Shown: positions 38,681 through 52,787 of the stretch, piece by piece | Layout: each line of letters opens with the position of its first letter | Position numbering within the stretch: position 1 is the stretch's first letter | Assembly: GCF_001194135.2 (NCBI RefSeq) | Contig: NC_068998.1 | Span: 37,121,175 to 37,185,174, forward strand | From: Octopus bimaculoides | Lineage: Eukaryota | Reading direction: 5' to 3' | Length of the DNA stretch: 64,000 nt | Notes under the pieces: model-generated | Told to the model about the DNA's origin: nothing | Seen by the model: the letters and a program-made list of their open reading frames with translations, nothing else | The model's database searches: none | Position numbers and translations under genes: made by a program

Positions 38681-41600
38681 ATCTGTGTCTGTGAGTGTGT
38701 ACGTGTGTGTTTGTGCGCATGTCTATGCATGCAAACGTACATACATATTTAGAATTATCTTCGCCAAACAGTGTTTAGGCATAAGCGAACTTTAAGTCAG
38801 TTATGTTTGTGACGTAATTCAACTTCTACAGGCAAATTTACTGCAGTTACCCTGGGGACAAAAATTCTTTTTTATGGTAAATAGGTGTAAAAACAGTATC
38901 TCTATCTAGTACTNNNNNNNNNNNNNNNNNNNNNNNNNNNNNNNNNNNNNNNNNNNNNNNNNNNNNNNNNNNNNNNNNNNNNNNNNNNNNNNNNNNNNNN
39001 NNNNNNNNNNNNNNNNNNNNNNNNNNNNNNNNNNNNNNNNNNNNTAACATTTTGTTTCTGAAGTTTGGCACTTATTCTGTCGGTCTTTTTCTGAACTACT
39101 ATATTACGGGGACGTAAACAAACCAACGCATTCGCCCTTTCTCGGCCTCTTTTTTATCCACCACTGCAGTTCGGTCATGGAGACGAGCTGCGGGAAAGCG
39201 CGCCTCACAAACGGCGACCACACCTGTTCACCGTCGTCTGCGTAGAGCCGGAGATGTCGCAGTCTCAGTGCGTCTGCGCATCATCAACCACGGTATGCTC
39301 AGCCCTCCTTTTAACGGGTGTTGGCAGCAAACGGATCCCTGACCATCGGAATGCATCCTTTCAACAAGAAGCGGACGAGAATGCGTTCTAGTTTGGTTAT
39401 GGTAGGGTCGGGACAAGGCACGACAGTTAGGCGGTAGTAGCTGACGGACGTGATGTACGTGTTTGCCACCTCCACCCGACCTTTTAGGGACAGCTTCCTC
39501 TCGGCCCATTGCCGGGCGAGAGTAACCACTCTACTCGTTATCTCGTTCCAGTTCTTCTCCGTTTGTAAGTCTGAACCAAACCACATCCCGAGCAACTTGA
39601 CCGGACCGTCGGTCCAGCGTCCCATAGCTGCATCAATGTTGTAGTTGTAAAGAAATGCTAATGGTCGGTAGCAATATTGTCGGTCAATCAAGATGAGATC
39701 ATTTTACAGAATGTGCTTAGTGTTGCTTATATACAGAGGTAAAAAAATACGTAGAATAAAAAAATAATGATTCTTTCTACTATTGCTTAACTGGTTCTTA
39801 TTCTATCGACCCTGAGAGAAAGAAAGACGAAGTAGACATTGTGAGGAATTTGAACTCAGAACATTAAGAGCCAGAGGAAATGCCGCCGCTAAGTATTTTG
39901 TCCGAAGCGCTAAAGATTCTGACAGCTCGCTGCCTGGTGAAGCTAAGGCAAGAATATGACAAAGAGGACATTGAAGTAACGAGGGTATGGTTCGAGGTCG
40001 AGGAATGGGTTCTTCCAGTCGACATCTAATGTCGTTGATCAAATCGATGTAAATAATGGTTTCTGATTCGGACACAAGGACAGTAGTTCTGAAGGGAGGG
40101 GCAAGTCGATTACAACGACTCCTGTACTTGAGTGTGTCTTATTTTGTTGAACTGAAATCTATGAAAGGCAAAGTGGTTCTCGACGAGATGTAAAGAGCTT
40201 ACCTAACGATTCTACCAGCTCGCCGCCCGGAGAAGCTGCGTCAAAAATGCGAGAGAAGCAATATTAAATGAAAGTGAATGTGATCTGATGTGGAGGAGTG
40301 GGATCTTCCTAAGGACTTGTAACGTTCCTGGATACTAGCGATAAAAAAACAATACAAATAATGTCTTTCTCGAAGAATAACGAGTGGATAACTGCGGAGG
40401 AAAGAAACGTGAGAGAAGCCCAGAGTCTAAACAACAATAAGAATAGATACAACAACAACAACAACAACAAGGACAGCTGCAATATCAATATCAAAGAATA
40501 TCGAAAATTTCCATGTCGTCAGTTTTAAATAAAAATGTGATCATTTCTAAGAGTTATCGAATCTGCAGACCCACCACCAGTACCACCATCTTAGATATGA
40601 ATACTGAAGCATCACATTCTGTGGTTTGGCATTCAAAGAGGTTTATAGTTTATGGTTTACCATTACCTGTATTATACTTCTTTCTTCATTTCTTTTTAAT
40701 TCCTTTCTTCGTTCCTTCTCTCCATTCGTTCCTTCCGTCCTTCCTTTTAGGTTTTCTTCTCTACGATACTTTTGGTTTTCAATAATTCTCTTGTGGTTTT
40801 TTACCTATTTTTTAACTTTTTTTCTTGTATTCTTTCTTTCATGCTTTTCTCTTCTCTTCACGTTTTCTTTTCCTTTCTTCCTTCTTTGCACCTTTTTTCA
40901 TTTCTTTCTTTATTCGCTTTTTGTATTCTTTCTTTCCTTCTTTCTTCCAAGCATGCTCATTCCGTTGCTTTCTGTGTTACAAAACAATGAAACCAAAAAA
41001 AAAAAATAAATAAATAAAGTTAACGAGTCAAACAATATAAGAAACATAAAACAATAACTGAAAATATATGCTCTCTCTCTCTCTCCCTCTCTNNNNNNNN
41101 NNTTATTGGAACACCATTGAATCCTGGTATGTAAGCTGCTAAATCTCTCTCTTGTTCTCGGTCTCACACACACACACACACACCGATAAATCACATTTCG
41201 TGGTTGGCACCGAAAACTGACCTCTCTGAACTTTTCTCTCGTTCTCTCTCACTCTCCCTATATTCTAACATTACATTCACTGTCTGCAAATGAGTGGAAT
41301 TTTAACGTTGTTGTATTTAGTATTATAACGAGCAACTGATCTCATTCCATCACCCAACCACGTTTAAGGCGGTGCAGCTACTAACAATCGCATACTACTG
41401 ACTATATACCTGTTTTTAGTACTTCGCTTTGTCATACTCCTTTATAACATCGTTGTTCTTGCTGCAGTCTTCAGCCCTAGGTTAGTATTGATCTGGTAGA
41501 TCTTTTATTAAACGCAATCCATACCATAACCGCAACGAAACCTAACTTAATTCCAGACATAGTGCATCTAGGATCACATTATTCAGTATATTCCTACGGT

Positions 41601-43518
41601 TTGTTTACTGCTATTGCTAGCAGATCGTGAGGCCAGTTAGAGTTCCTTCGCTGAATCATGTTGTAATCGTTGTTGTTATTGCTGTTACAAACTAGCAGTT
41701 CTGCTTTTATAAGGAACAATATCTATCATCCGTTCGCAGATATCAAAAGCGCAGGAAAGAAAGTAGAGCCTTTGATGTGCTGGATGAGATTACTGAAAAA
41801 ATATTTCGTTAGCATTACTGCAAAAGATGTTCCGAAACGGGAGTATTCCTATGGAAGTCACGTGGTTAAATGTTCACCTCTCCTGCATCCTGACGAACTG
41901 AGATTGAATGAAAGAATTCCTCTCATAAAAGCAATAAAACCATAAATATATATAATAAAGGCTACAAGAATACAAAATGAGAAATCGAAAAACGAAATGA
42001 ACGAAACACACCGATAATGAGACAGTTAAATAAAAGAAAAAGATATAATACATACATGAGATCAGGATAGAAAGAAAACTGAACAGTTAGATATAGACCT
42101 TTACATTTTAGTAAAGCAAATAAATAAGCATACATATATATATATATATATATATAATAATTTTCCCAGAGGATGTAGCAACCGTTACCAATATAGCATA
42201 AGAATATGAAAATTTAAAAGTTTAAAAACCTTATAATATATATATATATATATATATATTATAGACAGAGGGGGATAGAGTGAGAAAGTGTGGGGAGATA
42301 GAAAGAGAGATGGAGGGTATGTAAATGTATTTAGAGTGCATAGTCATAAATAAAAACATTATTATTTAATGTATATATGTGTGTATGTGTCAGTTGTAAG
42401 GCCGAATGAATGGTGACAGTTCAAACGTCTTTAACCAACTAATCAGGTGTCTTATCTGAACGACCTTCTTGACTATGATTTTTTTTTTTTTTTTTTCATA
42501 CAACCACAACGGCTTCCTACTAACAGGTCAGATATATAAAATACTTAAGATAACATCTTGAGAAGTAGGGTAGATTTGAGTTAGTTGCCCCTGGTGTATG
42601 CGCTTCACTTTCTCTATAAATTTTATGATGGTTTCTCAAAATATCATGTTTCCCCATGGTATTTGGTGGAGTGGCCATCTTCTATTTCTACCTTATTTTT
42701 ACCTAGTTATGTGCTTAATATTTAACGGATAATGGTGGATTTTTTGTCATAATGTAAGCGAAGAATTCATCAATAAAATGCTGTCGAAACAGCTGTTGTG
42801 TATTTTGAACCCCACATGTATTTTACTTTTATACATATGCTACACTTTGAACCAATCCTGGCTTAGTTCTACGGTTTATATTGGATTGTATGCCTGTGTA
42901 TATGTGTATATTTATATGTGTATATTTATATAGATGGATAACTGGCTGTGTATGTATACAGACACACACACACACTTTTACAATATACTACCAACATACG
43001 ACAACTAAGAGTTGCTTTAATATATCGTAAGCTTGTTACTAAATGCCCAGCCATCCTCGGTGTCCTGCATGTTAAAGCACCTATATTCTAATGAATCCTG
43101 TAACTGACCCCTTGTGTATGTGTATGTGTGTATGCATATATATATGTATACATGTATATATGTGTGTGTGTGAGAGAGAGAGAGAGTGCGTGTATAAGAG
43201 AGAGTGCGTGTGTGTGTGAGAGTGTGTGTGAGAGAGAGTGTATGTGAGAGAGTGTGTGTGAGAGAGTGTGTGTGAGAGAGAGAGTGTGTGAGAGAGAGTG
43301 TGTGTGAGAGAGAGTGTGTGTGAGAGAGAGTGTGTGAGAGAGAGTGTGTGTGAGAGAGAGTGTGTGTGAGAGAGTGTGTGAGAGAGAGAGTGTGTGTGAG
43401 AGAGAGTGTGTGTGAGAGAGAGTGTGTGTGAGAGAGTGTGTGTGAGAGAGTGTGTGTGTGAGAGAGAGTGTGAGAGAGAGAGTGTGTGTGTATACATATA
43501 TGAATACATATGTGTGTG

Positions 43519-43557
<39 letters not shown>

Positions 43558-44455
43558 TTTCTATTCAGACTTAGTGATACTAATAGCAAGTTGTTAGATT
43601 TCAATACACGTAAGCTTTAGAAACAAACCCGAGTCGAGTCCAGAGCGTAATATAAATTATTGAGCAGAGGTTATGTTATGCACTCCATTTGCTTGCATTT
43701 GTTTCTTCAATCGGAATCAGCTTATATTTGTGTGTATATATGAGATACGTTCGAAAGGTATCCGACTTTGTCTTTACCCAGTAAAACTAATGCCGCGTGG
43801 GAAAAATCCTTTATATGGGTGGTGACACCGGCGCAAAATTTTTTCGCCTGCCCTGGAGGGGTAGTGATGTATTACCTCGTCTCAATTATTTTGTCCATGC
43901 GGCATTAGTTTTTGCGAGAAAAAATAAAAAAGTGGGTACATTTTAAATGCACATCGTATGTGTATGTATGATATATGTAGATATTAGACTCCAATAAATA
44001 GCAACAGGTTCAATTAGACTTTTCCTCTTTCAAGAAGGGCGGGTGATGCAATTAATATATTTTCTTGACAAAAAACTAGAAACCCCACAACTTTTCGACC
44101 CTAACCAATTTCCATCGGAAGTAGTGTATAATATTACGATATGCCATAACATCCTGCCTAGATGAACTTGAAAATTCACATACCTGTGATTAGTAACATG
44201 AGGTACCAGTTCAGAAAAGCGATCTACATTATCGACCGTTAACCTGGCCTTATGCTTATAATAAATTAAAGTATTGGGGTCGATATAGTCGACTGATCTC
44301 TATCCTAAATTCTTGGTCTTGAGTCTTCGTAAAAATCGATAACAATCATCAACATTATCATTTATCTTTATCATCATCACCGTCATCGTCATCATCATCA
44401 TCACTATCATCATCATCATCATCAACATCATCACCATATTATCATTATTATTATT

Positions 44456-44495
<40 letters not shown>

Positions 44496-45240
44496 AGGCA
44501 GTGAGATGGCAGAATCATTAGCACGCAGAGCAAAATAGTTAGCAACATTTCTTTCGCTTTTACATTCTGAGTTCAAATTCCGCCGAGGTCACCTTTTGCA
44601 TTACAGCCTTTCGTGGGGTCGATGAGTTAAGTACCGGTACAACACTGGAGTCGACGTAATCGACTAGACCTCTCCCAACAAATTTTGTTATTATTTAATT
44701 ATTATTGTTTTTTTTTCTTTTTTTTTACAGCATATTGTTTGCAGACATCGTTGGCTTTACCGCTCTCGCTTCTCAATGCACTGCCCAAGAGTTAGTGAGG
44801 ATTCTGAACGAGTTGTTCGGCAGATTTGATCAACTGGCTAAGGTTGGTGTAATTGATTTGGCTAAATTAGCCTCGTTGTATATATTTTCTTTATCTTATA
44901 TATTGTAGGTATTAGGTATTTTGACTAACTTGCTTAGATTGCATATCTAGATTATATACTTCATATATCACAGCTAATTATGTATACCATGCAGAAAATA
45001 ATTTGCTTAATATATCCAGATTTTATATTTCACTTCTTGTGTTTTACATGCTAAACTATATATATATTATATAAATCATATATACAATGGTTTATATATT
45101 CAGATTATGTATTTCATGCATACTAGTTAAACAGGAAATATTATGTAGTATATATACAGAATTCTGAAACTAAGGTGTTCTGTGATATTTTACATTTTAC
45201 ACTCATGCTATACATCAAAGGTAAAGTACTCGTGATATGT

Positions 45241-45276
<36 letters not shown>

Positions 45277-47227
45277 NNNNNNNNNNNNNNNNNNNNNNNN
45301 NNNNNNNNNNNNNNNNNNNNNNNNNNNNNNNNNNNNNNNNNNNNNNNNNNNNNNNNNNNNNNNNNNNNNNNNNNNNNNNNNNNNNNNNNNNNNNNNNNNN
45401 NNNNNNNNNNNNNNNNNNNNNNNNNNNNNNNNNNNNNNNNNNNNNNNNNNNNNNNNNNNCACATATATATATATATATATAACGTACAACTTTAAAATAT
45501 CTAGGTTGTATATTAGTGTACGATATAAATGCAGACGATTTATACACGTAAATAAACACACTGACGCCCATACATATAAATCCAACATTTGCACAAACTT
45601 ACAAGTGTTCTCACTCGAATCTCTTCACGTTCTATCGAAAACATATTTCTAAAGATCATATATTTACTGCACTTCTCTTAAATCTGTCTCAGCTTCTAAG
45701 TCATGCATCAGATTCACTTAAAATTCTTTGAAATTGTGCTTCGAGCAACAGCTGTAAACATTTCGCCATCAATTTGGAAGCGCTGAACCTAATTTGCATA
45801 AATTTATGTGAAGTCATAACTTTAATAATATAAAATTTGAAATCAAATGGAAAATATATTTTGACAAATATTTCCATTCCAACCAGCTATGTCTACCTTT
45901 CGCATTTATGATTACGATTCGAACATTCAGAATTTGTTTCCTTGCTTAAGAGTTAGTAGTCGCTCAACTAATTAAAACCCTTTTTCAACTCCAACAAATC
46001 TGTGTCGTTGTGCGGGAGCTTTGTCGCCTACATTGATGAGTAAACCTGAGGCAGCTATGGTTTCGTAGTAGAAGGGGTTAAAACACTTTTAAAGCTGCTT
46101 CCCCACCTGATGAAACATCGACTCCTCCTCCATTCGGACACGGAATAGAGCAGCACTCTCAGCACCCAAGTATTTACCCTACAATTACATATTTCCATTT
46201 CAACCAGCCACGTCTTCTTCTACATATTAGGGTCATAAAAAAAGTATTACTATCTAAATCCTCCTGATTTGAACAGCATTCAGAACTAGCTTCTTTGCGT
46301 AAATATTTAAAACCTCTTCTCAGATCCAATTTCCGTCCAAATCAGTCAATAAGAGTTACTTCACATTGCAGCCGATTTCTTTTCGGAAACAAAATCGTAG
46401 CAACGCGAATTAAAAACACAAAATGTCCACGATTTATGCAAAAGATTTCTTTCAATCCAACTATTTCTTAAGTATTGAAACTTATTTTGTTGCTCTCAAG
46501 ATTTACGTCTATTTTGTTGGACGCATCTTATTTCACGCTGATAAGGTCTACCCTGTCTTTTGTCTTCCTGTCACATGTTGACAGTATTTCACTGCTTTTC
46601 TTTCTACCTAAAAAAAAAACACTAACAAGAAATAAAAACGCAAACGACTAACGTAATATATGCGATAATTTTCAAATATCCAACGTAGAATATTCGAAAG
46701 ATGTAACAATGGTAATTGTAAATTTTAAAGTTTACACCTTTATGTAACATTATATTACGTTATATTACATTATATTATGCAAAATTATATTACATACGTG
46801 CATGATAGTAAGTATGTACATACAAATATGTGTATTACGTATACAGATGTACAGATTTCCATATGTATTTATTTATATGTTTCAGACGCATAAGTATTTA
46901 CACATCAATCTGTGTGTTTGTGTTTCTTCTCAAAGTTCTCATTTACTGAACACTACAGGAATCATATGAAAGCTGTCAAATCGATATAGCATCTTGCATA
47001 TTCCGCACTTCGCTGCTGTGAAATGATTCAGTAGGTAATATGTGGGGTGTCAGCATATTTAATGTACAGCGCATTAAAATGCGAAAGAGATAGAAAATAT
47101 GCCGTTTTATGGTTCATATTTACAAGCCGAGTTCTGTCAAGACATAAATATTTATAAACACAGACAAGACTTTTACACTGAAGCTGACTTTGACCATTTG
47201 CTCATATGGGAGGTGTATTTACATTTG

Positions 47228-47269
<42 letters not shown>

Positions 47270-47360
47270 ATTTAGATGTGTGTGTGTACATATATATATA
47301 TATATCATATATATGCGTGTGTGTGCGTGTATGTATACACATATATACATGCACGCAGAT

Positions 47361-47397
<37 letters not shown>

Positions 47398-47599
47398 CCC
47401 CTGCACACTTATACTAATATTCATAGTGTGTATAATTGCATATACATAAATATGCATTTGTACATAAGATGTACCCCCTCATAGACATATATAGAACAAA
47501 TGAAGGCGATACTCCAGTATGGACGTCACAGTGATAAGTTAATTCAAGAATGTACACACGTACATGTACAAGCTCCAACACACTCGCACATACACGCGT

Positions 47600-47651
<52 letters not shown>

Positions 47652-50600
47652 ACATACGCATATATGCCCATACAGACAAGCACACTCACTCTTACCTGTA
47701 TTTCTTCTTCACTTGTATGCGTTTCTAACTTCATCAACATTTCTATGGGAGTAGAGTGGATCTGAAATTTTTATAGCAGATTGGATTCAGCTGTGCAGGA
47801 ATCATATTTACAAGATAATGCTGTCAGCAAGCATAAATATTCATAACCTCACACAAGACTTTTAAACTGACATCGGTCGTATGTTGCACCAGTTGCTAAC
47901 TGTTAAAAAGCATACACATAAGTCTGTTGTAAAAAGTATTAGAACAATCTCCTTTTCTCTGGCAGATAATGAATCTGTTGAGTATTGTTGCTTGAGAGTG
48001 AATCGATTCTTCGCCTGCTGTCAGTACACATTGTAAAAATGACAATAAATGACGGGTACTAGTCTGCAATTTGGTGATTGGAACTCGAAACATTTATAGA
48101 TGATCTTTAATGTCGTAAAGGTTTGCATCTGGAGTACTTTAGTTTCTTCTAAACTCCTTGAATGATGAAGTGGTAAAGATGTTTCACTGGTTTTTTTAAC
48201 AATAACTCGTATATCAAATTGTTTTAAATACATGAGTAACGAGATCAGGGTTGCTAGAATCATTGTTTAACTAACTATTTTGTATCGTTTGACTATGTGG
48301 TTCTCAACCGGAGTCCATATGATCCCTCAGGGTCCATCTAAGATTTTGGCGGCTCCATTCAAGCAAAATAGTAAATTGGAAATCCATGGAAATATCTTAA
48401 ATGTTCAGGAAAAAAATTTGCTTTAGATGTATTTATTACAAGAAACAGCTAGGTTTCTTTCTGTAACATTTTACATAATTCAAACTACACGAGTGAAAAG
48501 GTGATGAACTAAATAGGGATATTGAAAGAAGTATCTATAAAACTAGTTTGTAAAGACGAATGGCTACCAAAATAAAATAATCAAAGGGGCCCATAAATAA
48601 AAAAAATGGTTGAGAACCACTGTTTTAACTGATGAGAGAGAATTAAAACCAGCTCTTAATCCATTCTATTAAATGTAGAATTCTCGAAAGATCAAATATG
48701 TACTTGGTTACTTTCTTTCAATTAAACATGCACAATAGCCCTTCTTGCAAATTCGGGTTATAATACGAAGACTTCGTGTATTGAGTCAAGAAGAAAAAAA
48801 TTATCGTGGAATATGTCCTGAACACGTAAAAATTGCATGACCACAGACTCAACTGAGAATCGAACGGGAGTTTCTTATAAATGTGGTACATGAGAGATTA
48901 TCGTTACTATAAACAGAAAGTAATAATAACTATTTCAATTTTTTTTTTTGCTACAAGGGCAGTGGTGGCGATGAGTCGACTCCAGTGTTCAACTGGTACT
49001 TATTTTATCGAACCCGAAAGGATGAAAAGCAAAGTCGACCTTGGCAGAACTTGAACTCAGAACGTAGCGACGGGCGAAATACCGCTAAAGTATTTTGTCC
49101 AGCGCGCTAACGATTCTTCCAGCTCGCCGCCAACAGAAAGTAATATTAACAACAATAGTTACTATCTGTCAATCCTATCCCTTTTTTGTGTGATTACAGA
49201 AATTAGCGTAGCCGGAGGCAAAAACAACAGCAGTTACTTTAACCCATGAAGTAACAATAACAACGATGATAACAACAACATTGTTACCGTGGCTACAGAA
49301 GGTAGGCGCAAAGACAAAAGCAATAATAATAATACCTTCGAAGGATAGCTGCAAAGGGTCAATAATAATAAACGGCTTGGCTACAGTTAAGTGTGTTTCT
49401 ATCCATATATTAAACACCATGCCGTTTTCAATACTCGGAATTCCCAAAATTTCGTTACCATGGATATATTTCTAGTTTATTTATAAATATCACAGAAAAT
49501 ACGAACGAATGAATAAGTTACCAATTGACACACGTTTGCAATATCTTAAAAATATGAAATCCTTAAATATGATTGAGAATATGATCAGCATCGACCTCAC
49601 GTTCAATCAACATATTCCAAAACAATATATTATCGACTGTTTATTAAATATGCGTAAAGAATTTCTTGTGGATATTGTTTTGTAGATTTGTGTCCGTCTT
49701 ACGTATTTTATTTTTGCAGTTCTGGTTAACCGAATTAAATTCTTTCGCTCCGCAGAATATAAAAGACAATCTTTAATATTTCGCCAATACATTTTGCTTC
49801 ATGCTAACCAATCATTCTATTTTCAAATTTAATCAAAGTAGTTATTTCTCTAATGAAAATTAATAATAAATCGCCCTGAATAAAAAGTAAATGCATTCAT
49901 TCACTTTCTTTTCTTTCTTTTTCGTTTTTCGAAATCGATATTACTATTATTTTTTCCAAATATTACAAGAATAATAAAGTAAAGAATATAAAAAATAGCA
50001 ATTAAATCGCTCTTGACTAATCTCAATAGACACTGGGAATACTTTGTAACCAAATGCTGGAAATTGTGAATAACATTTACTTCTATCCAACGTCCAATTA
50101 ATTTTTCGCTATTATCTTTTTTCTCTGATTATTTTGAAGAAATATTGAAGTGTATTGCAGATTATTCCTACCGCTTTTCAGAAATTTCTGATCAATATTC
50201 TTTAGAAATATTCATGAAATCTGTAGAAGTCGAAGTAAAGAGATCACAATCCAACTGAAAAACACATCGTAATATCTAAGGAATAAAGGGAGCTGTTCCG
50301 CCCTTTAATTTGAATACGAACTAATAACATTTGTGTAGTACATTCCTTAGAGTGAAAACCTCTGCTTAACAAGGAAGTTATTTTCATTTCTTTTACTTCT
50401 TAAATTCTCATCACAATTTTTGTCTAACCAATTTGGTTCTAGCCATTCATTAAGTTGGATTTAAAAAGCGATTAAATTTAGAATAAGAAGTATAGCCTGT
50501 ATTATTAGGGCCAATGTTTAGGCGATAATACTTTTGAATTTCTTAATGTTTACTAAATTTAATTTTTAATAATCCATTTGAAAATTGCGGAATTCATCCC

Positions 50601-50969
50601 TTTCGGCACTTAGAACAATCCGTCGACTTCTTTGTTTCAATTCCTGTCACTCTCCTCTTTAAATTCTTTAAGATCTAGTTATGCGAATTACGCTTGTCAG
50701 TATTGTATTACTCGATTTTTGTATATGTTAACTTGTCTATATCTATCTGGAAGCGAATAGGAGAATGGTGCGCTACTGAGGTCAAATACAGGCCATAAAC
50801 ATTTGACACAAGACCACTGCTGACTATTGCCTCCAAATCAAATTTCCATTTTTCGAAAACATATTAATTCAGCTAAACACATACACGCACACACACACAC
50901 ACGAACACAAATACAAACAGACATACACACACATACACACACACACATATATAATTGAAAGCGAAGAGA

Positions 50970-51023
<54 letters not shown>

Positions 51024-52718
51024 NNNNNNNNNNNNNNNNNNNNNNNNNNNNNNNNNNNNNNNNNNNNNNNNNNNNNNNNNNNNNNNNNNNNNNNNNNNNN
51101 NNNNNNNNNNNNNNNNNNNNNNNNNNNNNNNNNNNNNNNNNNNNNNNNNNNNNNNNNNNNNNNNNNNNNNNNNNNNNNNNNNNNNNNNNNNNNNNNNNNN
51201 NNNNNNNNNNNNNNNNNNNNNNNNNNNNNNTATATATATATATATATATATATATATCAAATAATATGTGAGTATATGCATATATACCTACATGTATGTA
51301 CATACCTACATCTATGTACATACCTACATCTACATGTATATACAGATGCATATCTGGGTACATGACGTCACAAAAAAACGTGGACAAAATGAAAAACAGA
51401 ACATAAACAGAGCACAGAAAACAAACAGGCCACATAGAGAATATTTCCTTCATCAGCTGCCCCTATTCTAAACTAAGCGTTTCGAAGATTTAGGGCAGGA
51501 CGCATTGTTAGAATAGCTCCTCCCGTAGACACAAATTAAATTAAATTTGTAATGCGGAGGAATTTAGTGGCGAACAGAAAGCACGACAGAAAAACGAAAG
51601 AGTGAAAATAAACAAGAAGGGCTGTAGGCCAGACGTGAAAAAAATATCTGTATACTGAACGCTGTGATGTGACGAACGTGGGGGGAAGAGAGAAGAAAGT
51701 TCGTGCTAGCTTGACAGTGGCCAAGAGAAGGAAGAAAGCAGTAGCCGGTCACATGTGACCAGCGAGGGGTAAGGAGTAAGAGTGGTAGAGAGAGAAAAAA
51801 GGGGATGAAGTTGAACATAGGTGAGCAACGAGAGACAGGGAGGAAGAGAGAGTGAAGTAGTAGTGAAGGAGAGAGGCGAAGAACAACAGAAGGAAGGATG
51901 AAAGGGGGAGAAAGATACACAGATAGATAGAGTCAGAAAATAAAGTTAAAACTTACTTGCAAAGGGGACGCGTGAGTTCGATCATATAATAATGCAAATA
52001 ATACACTGCCAAGCTAAACACAAATTGTCATTTCTGTAGTGCTTTAAAATTTTCAAATGAAACAAATCGTTTTTCAAATGAAACAAATTGTTTTAAATGA
52101 AACAAACAAGTGGCCAGGTAACATTGCCGCATTACCAGCTCCTTCTCAACCCCTTATGCATCTTCTAGAAGGCACTTCCATCCAGTCAAAGGATTTTCCG
52201 GACAATATCAGACAATACCATTCTGCATTTCAAATAACATCGTTTGGTGCGTCTAAGAAAGTATATAAACATGAATTTAAGCCAACGTCAAAGTTCAAGG
52301 ACAAGTCTATCACCTCATTGGTTCTCTGTTACCCACAAATGAACAATCATAGTTTCTCCAAGTATACTTTATGAGTGATGTAGGACAACAAACCCGAAGG
52401 AAGTCTTAAAATTTCAGATGATGGGTCGTGTTAGACATAGTGCTGACTGCTGCAAAAGACAGTATATTCACTCACCGCTTTTCGGTGCGTTCAAAAATCA
52501 CATAACCCCCACCTCCAATTTTCTATGACAGGTTAAGGCCTGAAGTACTCCAAACGGACGCATAGCATGTTGCTTAGTCGAATTAGCCCAGCATTTATTC
52601 CACAAATGTTTTGTTGTCAATGCTGCACTTTCCCATGTTACCTGTTTCAACATAACTATATCATATTATATACAAACTGCCATTTTAATCCCGGGCAACG
52701 CCGGATATCTCTGCTAGA

Positions 52719-52787
<69 letters not shown>

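Noticed and set aside
43017-43604. 195-aa His/Thr/Leu/Ser repeat protein
   Set aside because: Translation of the (GA)n(GT)m satellite.
51444-51487. Type II hammerhead (minus strand GAAAC...CTGATGA; similar at 53235-53272)
   Set aside because: Both core words are present, but I cannot build stems I and III with a UH cleavage site.
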